A DNA stretch of 63,822 nucleotides, the filler included, from Octopus bimaculoides (taxonomy: Eukaryota), in the NCBI RefSeq assembly GCF_001194135.2. It is 4 parts of 4 records of this genome, joined end to end, with 100 filler letters (N's around TTAATTAATTAA, not from the genome) between each part and the next. Parts side by side here need not be neighbours in the genome. Positions count along the whole stretch, not along the records: positions 15,307 to 41,512 come from NC_068981.1; positions 41,613 to 60,086 come from NC_068983.1; 2 more parts are not named here. The stretch is one strand, 5' to 3'. Position numbers and translations under genes: made by a program. Each line of letters starts with the position of its first letter. Within the stretch, counting starts at the first letter, position 1. Under the pieces are notes generated by a model. The model was given only the letters and a program-made list of their open reading frames with translations, searched no databases and was not told the origin of the DNA. This document shows, one piece after another, positions 36,744 to 49,499 of the stretch.

Positions 36744-37706
36744 AAATATAATACAATTTAACATATATGTCTTATGATATTCATTATGGAAAAATAGAAA
36801 TATCAAAGTTGTATTTACATTTTTGAAATGTTACGAATATTTCAATGAAAAGTTGTTCGTTATTAGAACTGTGATCTGTAGTTACATTTTATTTATATAC
36901 AACAGAATGCCAACGAAGTAGGGTGAGATGCGTAGGTGAATCTGCGTGCAATTGTCTCTGTAGTTATAAATGGTTGGTTCGTATAATGAGGATTAAACCA
37001 TGATGATCGGGATATTTAAAGTTAGATGTATGTCATGTAAATGGAAATATATTCCAATACCATTTATCTGTTCCAAGTATTTATAATAAAAGGACTTCAT
37101 ATATGCTTCGATATATACATAAAAGAAAGAAAATTTTGGCAATAAATTAATACGACAGTAATATAGGAGTCCCGTTCGGAATTCTCAAAATGGCAAGAAA
37201 AAAATATCTACAAGAAATATGTCTGAACAGCGGTTAGGAGACAGAAATTTCTTTGTCTATGTATGTATGTATGTATGTATGCATGTATGCATGTATGTAT
37301 GTATGTATGTTTGTATGTATGCTTGTACGTATGTATGAAAATGTATGCATGTGTGTATGTATTTTCAAATATATACTTATATACATGTAAATATACCCAT
37401 AATTATATACACACATATATATTTGTATATGTGTGTGTGTATGGATATATATATATATATGAATACATAGCGCATATATATATATATCCGAGTGTCTGTG
37501 AGAAAAGAGGGAGAGAGGAAGAAATAGAAAGAGAGAGAGAGAGAGAATGCATATTTGCATATACGCGTTTGTATGATTTATCGTGTGTGTACATGTTTCG
37601 TATGTGTTACTTATAACAACCACACAGTGGTTTACTGAAACTTCCATAACATTATGAAAAACTTTTGTGTTACACACAATTGGATGTTTGATGATTTTGG
37701 CCGATA

Positions 37707-38237
37707 TTATGTTTCATATTCATCTTCATTTCCTCCGGGTATTACATCGATTTTCCGTGCACACACACAGGCTGTGGCTACATGGATGACACTTGGTTGA
37801 TAAACGTAGAGTCCATCAATACATTCGACTGTACGTTTCAGGACAGTCGTTGGAGTATATACCATCACACATTGGTGGTTACTCTCAGAGTCCAGGCAGT
37901 CTGTACAGCGACACACGACTTCAGTGCGTGATGGAGGAAAATATGTCGAATTGTGGGTAATTTTCAGGTACCATGGGCAGGTTGAACGTTCGCGGATGAT
38001 ATCAGTAGATACAGAAGATTTTGGGCAAGTTTTATCCCCTTCGGTCAGTTCTTGTTGGTCACTTCCCGCTGGAGCTATTTCAGCTGGTAGAAAAAAGTTA
38101 TTGCCGATCGCTGCGCTGGATAGTTTCTCGTATTGGACTTTCAAGTCTTTTGGTATTTTACATTGAGTCCGAATTGACGCCGAGGATATGAACAATACGA
38201 CATTGGTGAGGAGGAAGATTGCAACCTGGAGGATCAC
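37707..38237 (-). CDS. IL17-like: IL-17-like cytokine paralogue 2, exon 2 (176 aa)
   Basis: Signal-peptide hydrophobic stretch, RSTCPW, C-x-C-x2-C, QC, VLKR..C..G.Y.Y, terminal CVC cystine-knot pattern; acceptor ttt..aaccag| at 38238; TAA at 37707-37709. Confidence 0.92.
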   Translation of the reverse strand: MILQVAIFLLTNVVLFISSASIRTQCKIPKDLKVQYEKLSSAAIGNNFFLPAEIAPAGSDQQELTEGDKTCPKSSVSTDIIRERSTCPWYLKITHNSTYFPPSRTEVVCRCTDCLDSESNHQCVMVYTPTTVLKRTVECIDGLYVYQPSVIHVATACVCARKIDVIPGGNEDEYET

Positions 38238-38493
38238 CTGGTTGGTACGAAATATATACATCAAGATTAATAATTACATTCCAATATGAGCCACAGCTAA
38301 ATGAATAAACAAATGTGAGAATAATATACTACATTCAAGGCACACTTACACTCACTCACTCAATCACTCACTCACTCACTCGCTCTTTCGTTCTCTATCC
38401 CTCTCCCTCTCTCTGTCTCTCTCTGTCTGTCATACACATATACACATGTATTCACTCCAATTTATGAAAGATTAGATTGTTTTCTAATAGATT

Positions 38494-38810
38494 ACTGTGA
38501 AGGCACATGGCTCAGTGGTTAGAGTATCGGGATCACTATCATGAGGTAGTGAGTTCGATTTTCGAACCGGGCTATGCGTTGTGTTCGTGTGTAGGGCACT
38601 TTATTTCAAGTTGCTCCGGTCCACTCAGTTGTAGAACTGAGGTTCCACGTCACTGGTCCCAAGCGGCGTCTCCCTTCGCCTTTCCCTTGGATAATATCGG
38701 TGGCGTGGAACTGGGAGGCTGGTATGCATCGGGACTGCCCGGACTTGTGCCTCAGAGGGTGTATTTCTTCGTGCAATCCCATGGGCATTCATGACCGAAA
38801 GGGGTCTTTA
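38494..38810 (+). mobile_element. SINE family C in the intron of paralogue 2
   Basis: See 26255-26575. Confidence 0.8.
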
Positions 38811-38963
38811 CGTCACCCAGTAGATAACTAAGTAGATAGATAAATGAATACACAGAGTATGGGTTCGGTATCATTCGGCTTTAACGTTCTATAAAGCATT
38901 TGCAGATATTCTACTTTAACACCTGCCAAATTTGCGCTCGTTTATACGCAACTGCAATTTCAG

Positions 38964-39165
38964 ATTTTACGTTGACTCGTATATATTTATAGATTTATTA
39001 TAGACATTTAATTGTTTGCTTGCTTTGTATGTTGTCTTTCGTTCCACTTCTAATTTAACTGCAATTTCAGATAAATTAGAAGTGGAACGAAAGACAACAT
39101 ACAAAGCAAGCAAACAATTAAATGTCTATAATAAATCTATAAATATATACGAGTCAACGTAAAAT
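38964..39165. repeat. Perfect 94-bp inverted duplication with a 14-nt spacer
   Basis: 38964-39057 is the exact reverse complement of 39072-39165; AACTGCAATTTCAGAT is directly repeated at 38950 and 39057; absent from the paralogous intron (~26730). Confidence 0.9.
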
Positions 39166-39384
39166 TATATATGAGAGTACGAAAGCAAAGAATTAAATGA
39201 ATATACCAAAGCCATAAAAATACGTACAAGACGTATAATACCAATCTCAATAAGATACATAAGCAAAATCATTCACTCGTTTGCACAAATATTACTTTTG
39301 CCATGAATGATACGAGAGTAAGTATAGAAATGAGACTAAAGATATGAACATAGCAGTTAATATTAACAGTATATGTATACTTAC

Positions 39385-39399
39385 GTTGTTGGTATTCAT
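39385..39399 (-). CDS. IL17-like: IL-17-like paralogue 2, coding exon 1 (MNTNN), phase 0; spliced product 181 aa
   Basis: ATG AAT ACC AAC AAC|gtaagt perfect donor; joins in frame to VILQVAIFLL..; the same micro-exon is present in paralogue 1. Confidence 0.75.
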
Positions 39400-39532
39400 T
39401 ATAATGGTCGGTCACTTGGAATGGAAAGAATGACAATATTATAATATATGTAGATATTATCAAATAAAGCTTGAGCGTGTTAGCTTCTTAAAATAATATT
39501 CGTTTGTGAAGATACCAACTACTCTGAGGTTA

Positions 39533-39565
39533 CTTATATATAATATTTGACGCAGGGGATTTACC
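39533..39565 (-). promoter_or_regulatory. Candidate IL-17 core promoter: TATATAAG, CRE-like TGACGCA, kB-like GGGGATTTAC
   Basis: About 135 bp upstream of the ATG, with no upstream ATG in the implied 5' UTR; TGACGC is conserved in paralogue 1 (27369). Confidence 0.3.
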
Positions 39566-39858
39566 TTATGTCATAAAGCTGAATCAAAACAAAAAGATTA
39601 TAAATATAAACAGGAGGAACTAACAAAATGACATAAGATTTCACTTTCAGTAAAGTGTAGTATCTAATATTAAACGAGAAGTATGTGTGACCTATATAAC
39701 TCGAGGAAAGCCTGAAGTAACCAGGATATAACTTATTTATTTCCTCCTTTACCTATTAATCGAATGTGGTATGACTCGCCCTAATACAGATGAACTTAGT
39801 GAAATACTCTTGTGTAGTGTTCCGTTCTATTTTTAATATACTTTATTATTTCTCTTGC

Positions 39859-39910
<52 letters not shown>

Positions 39911-40064
39911 TTATCTAACGATCGATCGATCCATCCATCGGATCAGTCGGTAGCTACTCTAAATTTCACCTGTAGGTGCATCAGAACTTCAGGCAAGTTA
40001 TGATAATATATGTTTATACATATGTATGTACAAACCTATGGAGTCATAACTATATATATACGTA

Positions 40065-40179
40065 TGATTTCTTCCCAACGATATGTTTCTAGGTTCAGAC
40101 CCATTGCGTGCTATAGCTTCGTGGCGACCAAAGCCTTGTGAATGTATTTTGGTAGACGGAAACTGAAAGGAATATGTGG

Positions 40180-40254
<75 letters not shown>

Positions 40255-40976
40255 NNNNNNNNNNNNNNNNNNNNNNNNNNNNNNNNNNNNNNNNNNNNNN
40301 NNNNNNNNNNNNNNNNNNNNNNNNNNNNNNNNNNNNNNNNNNNNNNNNNNNNNNNNNNNNNNNNNNNNNNNNNNNNNNNNNNNNNNNNNNNNNNNNNNNN
40401 NNNNNNNNNNNNNNNNNNNNNNNNNNNNNNNNNNNNNNNNNNNNNNNNNNNNNNNNNNNNNNNNNNNNNNNNNNNNNNNNNNNNNNNNNNNNNNNNNNNN
40501 NNNNNNNNNNNNNNNNNNNNNNNNNNNNNNNNNNNNNNNNNNNNNNNNNNNNNNNNNNNNNNNNNNNNNNNNNNNNNNNNNNNNNNNNNNNNNNNNNNNN
40601 NNNNNNNNNNNNNNNNNNNNNNNNNNNNNNNNNNNNNNNNNNNNNNNNNNNNNNNNNNNNNNNNNNNNNNNNNNNNNNNNNNNNNNNNNNNNNNNNNNNN
40701 NNNNNNNNNNNNNNNNNNNNNNNNNNNNNNNNNNNNNNNNNNNNNNNNNNNNNNNNNNNNNNNNNNNNNNNNNNNNNNNNNNNNNNNNNNNNNNNNNNNN
40801 NNNNNNNNNNNNNNNNNNNNNNNNNNNNNNNNNNNNNNNNNNNNNNNNNNNNNNNNNNNNNNNNNNNNNNNNNNNNNNNNNNNNNNNNNNNNNNNNNNNN
40901 NNNNNNNNNNNNNNNNNNNNNNNNNNNNNNNNNNNNNNNNNNNNNNNNNNNNNNNNNNNNNNNNNNNNNNNNNNNN

Positions 40977-41016
<40 letters not shown>

Positions 41017-41175
41017 GGGCCTCCTTCAGTTTTCGCCTGCCAAATCCTCTCACAAGTCATTAGTAGGCTCGCGGCTATAGCAGAAGACATTTGCCCAATA
41101 TGCCACTCACTAGGACTGAACCGGGAACCATGTGGTTGGGAAGTAAGCTTCTTACCAAGTAGCCACTCCTGCTTT
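40065..41175. mobile_element. Two SINE family A heads in convergent orientation (40065-40254 +, 41005-41175 -) flanking a gap
   Basis: Both run into (TA/TG)n cores at the gap edges. Confidence 0.7.
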
Positions 41176-41330
41176 AGATACTGTAGATCCACAGTAGCCA
41201 TGAAAACATTTGTCGAAGCAAGGTCAAATAGTCCGATGACTATATGGTGACGTACGTCTTTCCTTCCTTCTCTTTCTCTCTCTCCTTACACACACACATG
41301 CATACACATGTATGTATGTGCATATTTATG

Positions 41331-41392
<62 letters not shown>

Positions 41393-41612
41393 AAAGCTTT
41401 CCATAGGGTAGACCATCACTACTTGGAAGCCGTCCTCATAGCGGCTGGTTTAGGTCCCGTCTTCCGCGGTTGGATCGCTGCCTTATACAGCGGCATCCGC
41501 TCGGTAGTTCGCNNNNNNNNNNNNNNNNNNNNNNNNNNNNNNNNNNNNNNNNNNNNTTAATTAATTAANNNNNNNNNNNNNNNNNNNNNNNNNNNNNNNN
41601 NNNNNNNNNNNN

Positions 41613-41970
41613 TATACTACACGTTATCGTGCAGTTACTGTTAATACTTCATTTAGAGAATTAACATTGCTTGTTTTCACCTTTTCGATATCAGTGAAGA
41701 ATTTCACTGGAAAAGTAGATATAAGATTGCCAGGATTTTGTCTCTCTCACCAGGGTCAGTGGCTATCGAACGCCGACGAAGGGAAATAACCCTGAAATCC
41801 GGATCCGTTCGTGCTACAGATCATGGTGAGAGGGATAACTTCCCTTGGCAAACAGGACACAGTCGTGTGTCGATAAGCCGGCTGGAGGAGATGTCCTCCT
41901 GGGGCTAAAAGCAACAGTAACATCCACCCCTAGGGGTCAGCCACACTTAAGTGGCAATATACTACACTTT
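41613..41970 (+). repeat. Hammerhead-containing unit C (345-bp period, terminally redundant)
   Basis: tatactacac recurs at 41613 and 41958; left side is a gap, right side ends in (TA)n. Confidence 0.8.
41767..41811 (+). ncRNA. Near-perfect type-I hammerhead ribozyme motif (U4C variant), predicted cut after 41805
   Basis: CGAACG-CCGACGA-AGGG aaataa CCCT-GAAA-TCCGGA-TC^CGTTCG; all three stems pair, ATCCGGAT is palindromic. Confidence 0.8.
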
Positions 41971-42988
41971 ATATATATATATATGAACTTACATAGTATA
42001 TATACAAATATATAACCAGTATAAAAACAATTTTAGCCATGTTATATGAACCAAACTTTTCAGACATACACAAATAATCTCAAAACACTCATATCCAGGA
42101 ACTCATTCTCCACAAAGCCACATAATAACAAGGAAACGTATACATGTAGAGACATTGGATAGGGAACACGCACATAGGTTTCGCGTTTGCAGATATATGC
42201 TAATAGTCCTTTTCTCTGGATCTCTCCGTTCTTCCCGTATAAGTACTGCTCTCTCGTCATGTCTTTTGGTTTCTACCTATCCAGCAGCACCTTACGTATG
42301 ATAGCAAGCTTCAATTCTAGCTACCTGTTGATAGATCTCAAGGACGTCCTTTATTCTTCCATTGATAATGACTTGGACCCATTATACAAACACAACCGGA
42401 ACACCAATATGCTTCCGCAGAAAATATACAAACTTAGCCACACAGACAAATGTGCCCGGCCGGTCATTCGAATATTTTCTCAATACTTCAGACGAAGGAT
42501 GAAGTTATCTTTGAAAATCTATCAATCTCCGAGACACATTTGAAGTTGTACTGAGCAAGAAACATGGCGCATATTTACGTTTCCTTTGGTCGATTAGAAT
42601 CTGAGATTTTGTTTCTATAGATATGTCTAAAAGAGAAATGAGAAATCGAAAATATATTGCTTTCGGCGTAGCAATATTTTAGATGGTCTATTGTTTACAA
42701 ATTCCTAGCGTAACCCAAATATATATCGATCAGTCTCTCCCTCCTTTTTTCTATCTATATCTCCGTCTTGTTTTCACACTTTGTCTCCCTCTTTCCCTTT
42801 TTCCTTCTTTCCATGTTTGTGCCTGCGTGTATATTTCTTCATTTACGCTCGTAACTATGTGTAAAGTTATATATATGGTTTTGTGTGACACTGTGTGTTT
42901 GTCTGTGTGTATGTATGTCTGCGCGCGTTTGTGTGTGCGAGATGTGAGTGTGTACGTATGTATGTATGCATTTGTATGTGTGGGTGAG

Positions 42989-43028
<40 letters not shown>

Positions 43029-44254
43029 AGGCACATATTCATCCTAGCAAAAGAAAGTAGTTCAGTTTAAAAGCTGCTTTTTACTTAACAATGAATTTAT
43101 CAAATCAAACTACGTCCTGTCATTGGAAATGTAGGAATGCTGAACGGAAGCCGTTTGTTAAGACCATATACTTTATTGTTACTTTCAGAATATACCAATC
43201 TTCATACTCAATAACATTCCCTGCTGCCTAACGTCTCCTTACTCACTATTCTTTTCTGTTTTATTTTATCGCACTCACTGTGCTCCACGTTAAATATAAC
43301 TTGACAGTACTATATATTGCTGCAACTACATTGTAGAAGCTCTCGTGGGGAATTTAATTCTAGCTTCGAAAGAGCGTTAAATCTACGAAATGCAAGACCT
43401 TTATATTGGACATCGACAGGAAAGTGTTTCACTTAACATTATTAAACACCAGTAGCATTTGCAGGCGAGATTTCTACGGGAATTAGCTGTCCTGTGTCTG
43501 TTTTATATATTTAAGTAATTTTTTTCCATTTCGTTTTCTCCATTTACTGCTCATGTAATTTGGTGGTACAAAACAATGTTTACGAATGTAAGTAATTTGC
43601 CTTCGTATATATGAGTGGATTTATAGAAAACTTAGCAGTGAATCTACCAGTAATGAGACTGATAGAAACTAGCTTTAATCGATTTTCACATTGATCTTTG
43701 TTTTCTTAACAGTTTATACGTGCATACATACACACACACAGCTATAACTCTTCTTTATATACATACAAACACATATATATATATATATATGGGTATGTAT
43801 GTGTATGTGTGTTTATGCCTGATAGTATATCTCTGTGTACTCGTGTGTACGAGCTTCTGCGTATGTGGGCACATGGATATATATGATAGTGCGTGTATGC
43901 TTCTGGCTTTATATAGTAACACGCACACATTTACAAACATTCATATATACTTACAAAGTTTGTAACTTTTTCTTCTTGATAGGAATCCTTACAAATTTTT
44001 TGTTCAGATTTTTTTTTTAAATCAGTTTATGGACGGTTTTTCACAAAAGTATTCCTCACTGCCGTCCACTCGAAAATCAAACATTTCTGTAATGCTGCAC
44101 CTTCTTTTTATCTTCGTTATCGAAGGCATTGATTTTTTTTATGAAGCCTAATCTCGTGTATAATAATTTAAATAGTAATTATCTCTTTGACACCCTCCAT
44201 AACTACTAACGTAAGTTCATTAGTGAAAATACAGATCCGTAATATAATAAATTT

Positions 44255-44777
44255 AATAAATATAAAGCGATATACAGAATAAATATAAAGCGATATACAG
44301 AATAAATATAAAGCGATATACAGAATAAATATAAAGGGATATACAGAATAAATATAAAGGGATATACAGAATAAATATAAAGCGATATACAGAATAAATA
44401 TAAAGCGATATACAGAATAAATATAAAGGGATATACGGAATAAATATAAAGCTATATACAGAATAAATATAAAGCGATATACAGAATAAATATAAAGCTA
44501 TATACAGAATAAATATAAAGCGATATACAGAATAAATATAAAGCGATATACAGAATAAATATAAAGCGATATACAGAATAAATATAAAGCGATATACAGA
44601 ATAAATATAAAGCGATATACAGAATAAATATAAAGCGATATACAGAATAAATATAAAGCGATATACAGAATAAATATAAAGCGATATACAGAATAAATAT
44701 AAAGCGATATACAGAATAAATATAAAGCGATATACAGAATAAATATAAAGCGATATACGGAATAAATATAAAGCGAT
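44255..44777. repeat. 23-bp minisatellite (AATAAATATAAAGCGATATACAG), ~22-23 copies
   Basis: Near-identical units, seen directly. Confidence 0.97.
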
Positions 44778-45804
44778 TCAGAATGTGAATTTCTTGAATT
44801 GTGAGCGCGGTATACCATCAAGTACGTCAAACTCAACATTTCACTTATACATTATTCATCGGGTAATGAAAATCAAATTTGGTCTCAGCGCAAGATAACG
44901 GTTGAGATGGTCAATATCAGGACATTTACTGAATTCGGAAAACATACATATTTACAATATAGTTATGTATGATTCGTTAGAACAGCAGAGATGTTTTCTT
45001 TTATCGTTACTTGTTTCAATCTTGGGCTTGGGCTCTGATTTGATGAACTTTAGTCTACCGAATTAACCTCACTAGTAATATTTCTCGTGTTTCTTCTACC
45101 AACCCCCTTGGTCAAACCGTTATGAAATCTTAAACACACCATCATCAGTTGTCATCGGTGCGGAGGCCAAAATATGGCCTAGCATCCTGGCGGTTATGAC
45201 GACGAGGATTTCAGTTGATCAACAAAACAGACTGCACGTTACGATATCATGCAAGTGGCTGGTAACACGAAAAACGTGCGTACTCTTAACGCAGAACACA
45301 AGGGAGACTCAGTGACACAGGTCGTGACAAGTCTGGCCGTTTGAAATATAAGTAATAATCATTTTTGCCAAGTGAGTGAAGCAGTATGTAATAAAGTGTC
45401 TTGCTCAAGGATACCACGCGCCGCTAGTAGTCGAACAAACGTGAATATAATAATCTTCATCATTCTGTAGAGTGTTACTGATAAGATGAGTTACTTGTGC
45501 GGAAGGGATGTTCCCGTCTCTGTCTTTAGCTCAGCGATCGCAGATGGAGAGACTTGCGTCTTTACTCTATAAGGCAGGTGAATTTTCCGTATGCTCATCC
45601 ACACGGTCCATTCGCAAGTGAGTTCACTGTCGTTTTCGCGCTCTCCAACACGGAACCGCCGGCACCTACCACGCTCGCTCCCTTCTTTGCTCTTTCGACG
45701 ATAAACTTGGACATAAAAGCACACAAGCACCTGCGCACGCGCGTATACACACACACTCACACACACATACACACATATATATATATATGTATGTATTATG
45801 CATA

Positions 45805-47420
45805 TGGACGGTTTTCTTTCATTTTCCATCTACCCTTTTCCCTCACAAGCCGGTCCGATTCTTTAGTAGAAGAGACATGCCCAAGGTCTCATGCAGTGGG
45901 ACTGATCTGGAACAATGTAGAAGCAAATTTATTGCAATGCTCCCACGCCTACGCATAATTGTATATTTTGGTTTTTTTTGCGTCACAACGCAGACATATT
46001 AGCTTGAATTTTTAAATAGCTGAAAACTTTATGAATTATCGCCTAGCATAGAATTATAAAGAAGGGAATACTTTATCAGAGTCACTCTACATTGCATGTT
46101 TCATTTCTGTGAGCACTTGTCAAAATATGTACGTGCTATTTAGATTGTATTAGAGTGCACATTACATGCTATTAAAAAATAGTTATTGTAAATTCAGTCA
46201 ACATAACCTCAAATTCTTTTCAATTATATGAGTTGTTCAGTGTAGAAAGAATCCATATGTTATACATATTTTGAAATTTAATTTCTCTCAGCCATCCCTT
46301 GAAAAGGCCTATGAGAATTGTAAAAGGGGTGGAGAAATAGCCACGTTTATTTCGGGCATTGTAAAACTGTAACCTAGTCCACCATCATGACGAAAAATAA
46401 GAGTTATGTGGATGCAACCTGCATATTGTCTTCTTATTAATAGATTGCAGTGAGAAAAAGAAACATTGCTAAAATATTAGTTGATTTTCATTCCTTCCCA
46501 CGAAAATATATAAATCCGCATAATCTAATGTCTTTCATTCTTTAACCAGAGGTGTGGTCATTAACTAAGAATTAATGCTTCATGTGTAGTATAGTTAGAA
46601 GAATGTTGTAGTTGTTGACAAAATATAAGAACTGCAATTTTATATCATCGGAATTAGAAAAAGCAAACATCTTAGAGGAATTAAAACAAGCCTTTATGAT
46701 TTATATCACTGGTCATGAATTCGTAAATTCTAATAGTAAATCATGATTAACTCATCTTATCTTTTTACATAACAAACGATCCTGACCCAGAGTCCTGGAT
46801 ATCTTGATACTGTTCATGGTCTTTCAATTTTAAAGACAAACTGACCAGCAATACATAGTTTCATAGTAATCATATGATTTAAACTTTCCTGCATATGTAG
46901 AGCTATATCGATAATAACCAATGTTGTTGTAGCAAATATCGTTTTTAAACAAATATTCTAAAGACAATATCACTTAAGAAGTTTGCTTCACATCCACATG
47001 GTTCCGGGTACAGTCCGACAGCGTGTCACCTTAGGCAATGATCTTCTACTCTAGCTTCCTGCCCGACTAAAGCCTTGTGAGTAGATTAGGTAGATCGAAA
47101 CTGACAGAAGCCAAACGTATATGTATATATTTGTGTGTGTTTGTGTGTGTGTATGTGTGTGTGCGTTTGTGTGGGTGTATGTGTGTGTGTCTGTGTGTGT
47201 GTGTGTGTGTGTTTATCCCTCAATACAGATTGACAACAGCTAGTGATATCTTTACAGCCATGTAACTTTGAAGTTAGGCAAAAACGAACCGATAGGATAA
47301 GTACCAGGTTTTAATGAAAATCTGTACTGGGGGAAATTCGTTCAACTGAAATCTTTCAATGCGTTGCCCCACCATGACCGCAGCTTCATAACTGAAACAA
47401 TTAAAAGGTAAAAGTATACC
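45805..47420. mobile_element. SINE family A copies at 45805-45960 (-) and 46965-47420 (+)
   Basis: Diverged head/core/tail matches. Confidence 0.7.
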
Positions 47421-48511
47421 AAAAATACTGAACAAAATTAGGTTTTGTAAACAATTTTGTGTTCTTGAGTTTCCCATTAAACTAAGGAATTCGTTCTTAC
47501 ATAATATCACCCGCGTCTTGCAAACATCTATGAGAAAGTATTTCCGCTGTTTGCCAATGCTATAAATTTCAATTACTTGCTCAAACCTGGAATTCACGCT
47601 AAAATGTTTAAGTACTTCCGATGATTGATGATACACACATTTTTATCACTTTGCCTTTGTTTTGAAATAGCAGTGAGGAAATTTCCCAGCCGTCTCACTG
47701 TGAGTAACATCGAGAATATCAGAACCCTTTTATATAATGCCGATTTATGTGGTACTCCTATTGCTATGTACCAAAATAGGAAAATGCTTATCTAGGTATC
47801 ATTAATTATTTTTCCATTGAAGGCAACTTCTTTCATGTAATTTATAAGCAGTAATCTTGTCGAATATCAGAACTTATATTTAACTACCCTATAGCAGTGC
47901 ACTGATAATTATTGCTCGTATTTTGCCTAAATTCTTATTTTTCCAGTTCTTTCTTATACAGAAGTAACAACTATACATATTTGCGTCCCTTAATTTCCGT
48001 TTTATTCTTTTGAATTTTGATAATATAATTTGTGGCCCTTGAGAAGTAATAATGAGCAAGAAGTTTCAATTCAAATTTCTCAAATGTCTGATATACCGGT
48101 TTTGTTCGATTATATCGACGAAATGCCGTATCTTACTACAGCAGTGAATTCTGAGGGAGATCTAAAGCACTTAATCTATTAAAGGTTTCATCATTCAAAT
48201 TAATGAGTACCTCGAAACTTAATTTTCTTTTATACATAAATCACACTCTCCACTGGAGTTGTGATAACACCATCCCCACTTTAATATATTCATATCCACA
48301 TACAACTTAAACACATGACACTTGATGTGATCTCCAGAATGCTTTCATCATTCTGCATCATTGCACCTACTCTTCCACGCAGGGTGTCATAAATCTCATT
48401 GCACAGGGATATAATCGCTACATATAATTCATTTGTAACACTATTTTAAAACTAAGCGCTGACCCCGAAGCAGAGTAACAGCAGTACATACACCCCTTGA
48501 TTATCATACTA

Positions 48512-49345
48512 CTAGGTGGTATCAAAAAGTTCCCAGACTGGTTCTCAAACGCACCATCTAATGGTAGAACACAAACGTGCAGTTGTGAGAGCTAGCAGTG
48601 ACATTTATTATGCAGTGTGCCGAGCGATATCTCTGTTTATTTCGCAAGTTGTAAAATTTGTGATTTTGTGATCACGTGTATGTGCAGTCGCGATTTTATA
48701 ATGGACAGGAAGAAAGAGCCAGATATTGAGCATGCTTCGGTAAGGGTGCTGTAACGAGACAATGGGTTGTACGCAATATATCGTGTGCCAAGGGCTCTTC
48801 AAAATTTGAAGAACATTCGTCGAAGAAGATAACGGAATTGCAAGACATGTAATGAGTGTCAGCCCCTGAAATGCTTTATTGTGCAATGAATATTCGTCTG
48901 GCAGGACCAGACCATCAATCGATGTTTCTACTGCGACGTTTTGAAGTCTCTGAAGGAGGACATTCGGCAATAGCGACCGTATCTTTGGGGAGTGAATATC
49001 TGGCTTCTTCACGATGTCTATGCACCTTGACACTGAGTGCTCCTCAAATGTGAGTCTCTCGCCAAAAATAATATGCTATCGCTTCCAGACACGCCTTATT
49101 CGCGGGATTTTGCATCTGCGGATATCCATATTTTCCTCAAAATGAAAATGCAGCTCAAAGGCTGCCATTTTAACACCGTTGTTGAGATCCGGAACGAATC
49201 GTAAAAGGTCCTCGACTCGGTTACGGAAAACGCCTTGCGGGCCGGATATCAGATGTAGCCTGAATGCTGGGACCAGTGTATTTCTGTACAAGGTGAGTAT
49301 TTCGAAGGCGTTGGTGTTAAAACTTAGGTAAATAAATCATTTTAT
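48512..49345 (+). mobile_element. Mariner remnant, same family as 5160-5851
   Basis: TIR ta|ctaggtggtatcaaaaagttcccagact; LPDTPYSRDFASADIHIFLKMKMQLKG (decayed YSPDLAP region). Confidence 0.8.
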
Positions 49346-49499
49346 TAAGTAACACCAGAAAGACCACTCTGCGGGCTGTTTTCTGCTTAACACTTGATAA
49401 TATTTTCATTTTTTATTCCCAATTCCAATGTCTCATTATAATATTGCCTGCTGTCGTACCTTTGCTGCTTTGTTTAGGCCTGTGCTTTTTGATACGTTA

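Noticed and set aside
38238-38264. ORF-track N-terminus MMYIFRTNQ of IL-17
   Set aside because: Not conserved in paralogue 1; better explained as the intron 3' end with exon 1 at 39385-39399
42180-42620. Stretch with coding-like composition
   Set aside because: No identifiable motif in any frame; probably an unrecognised TE remnant
44498-44839. 113-aa repetitive ORF
   Set aside because: Read-through of the 23-bp minisatellite
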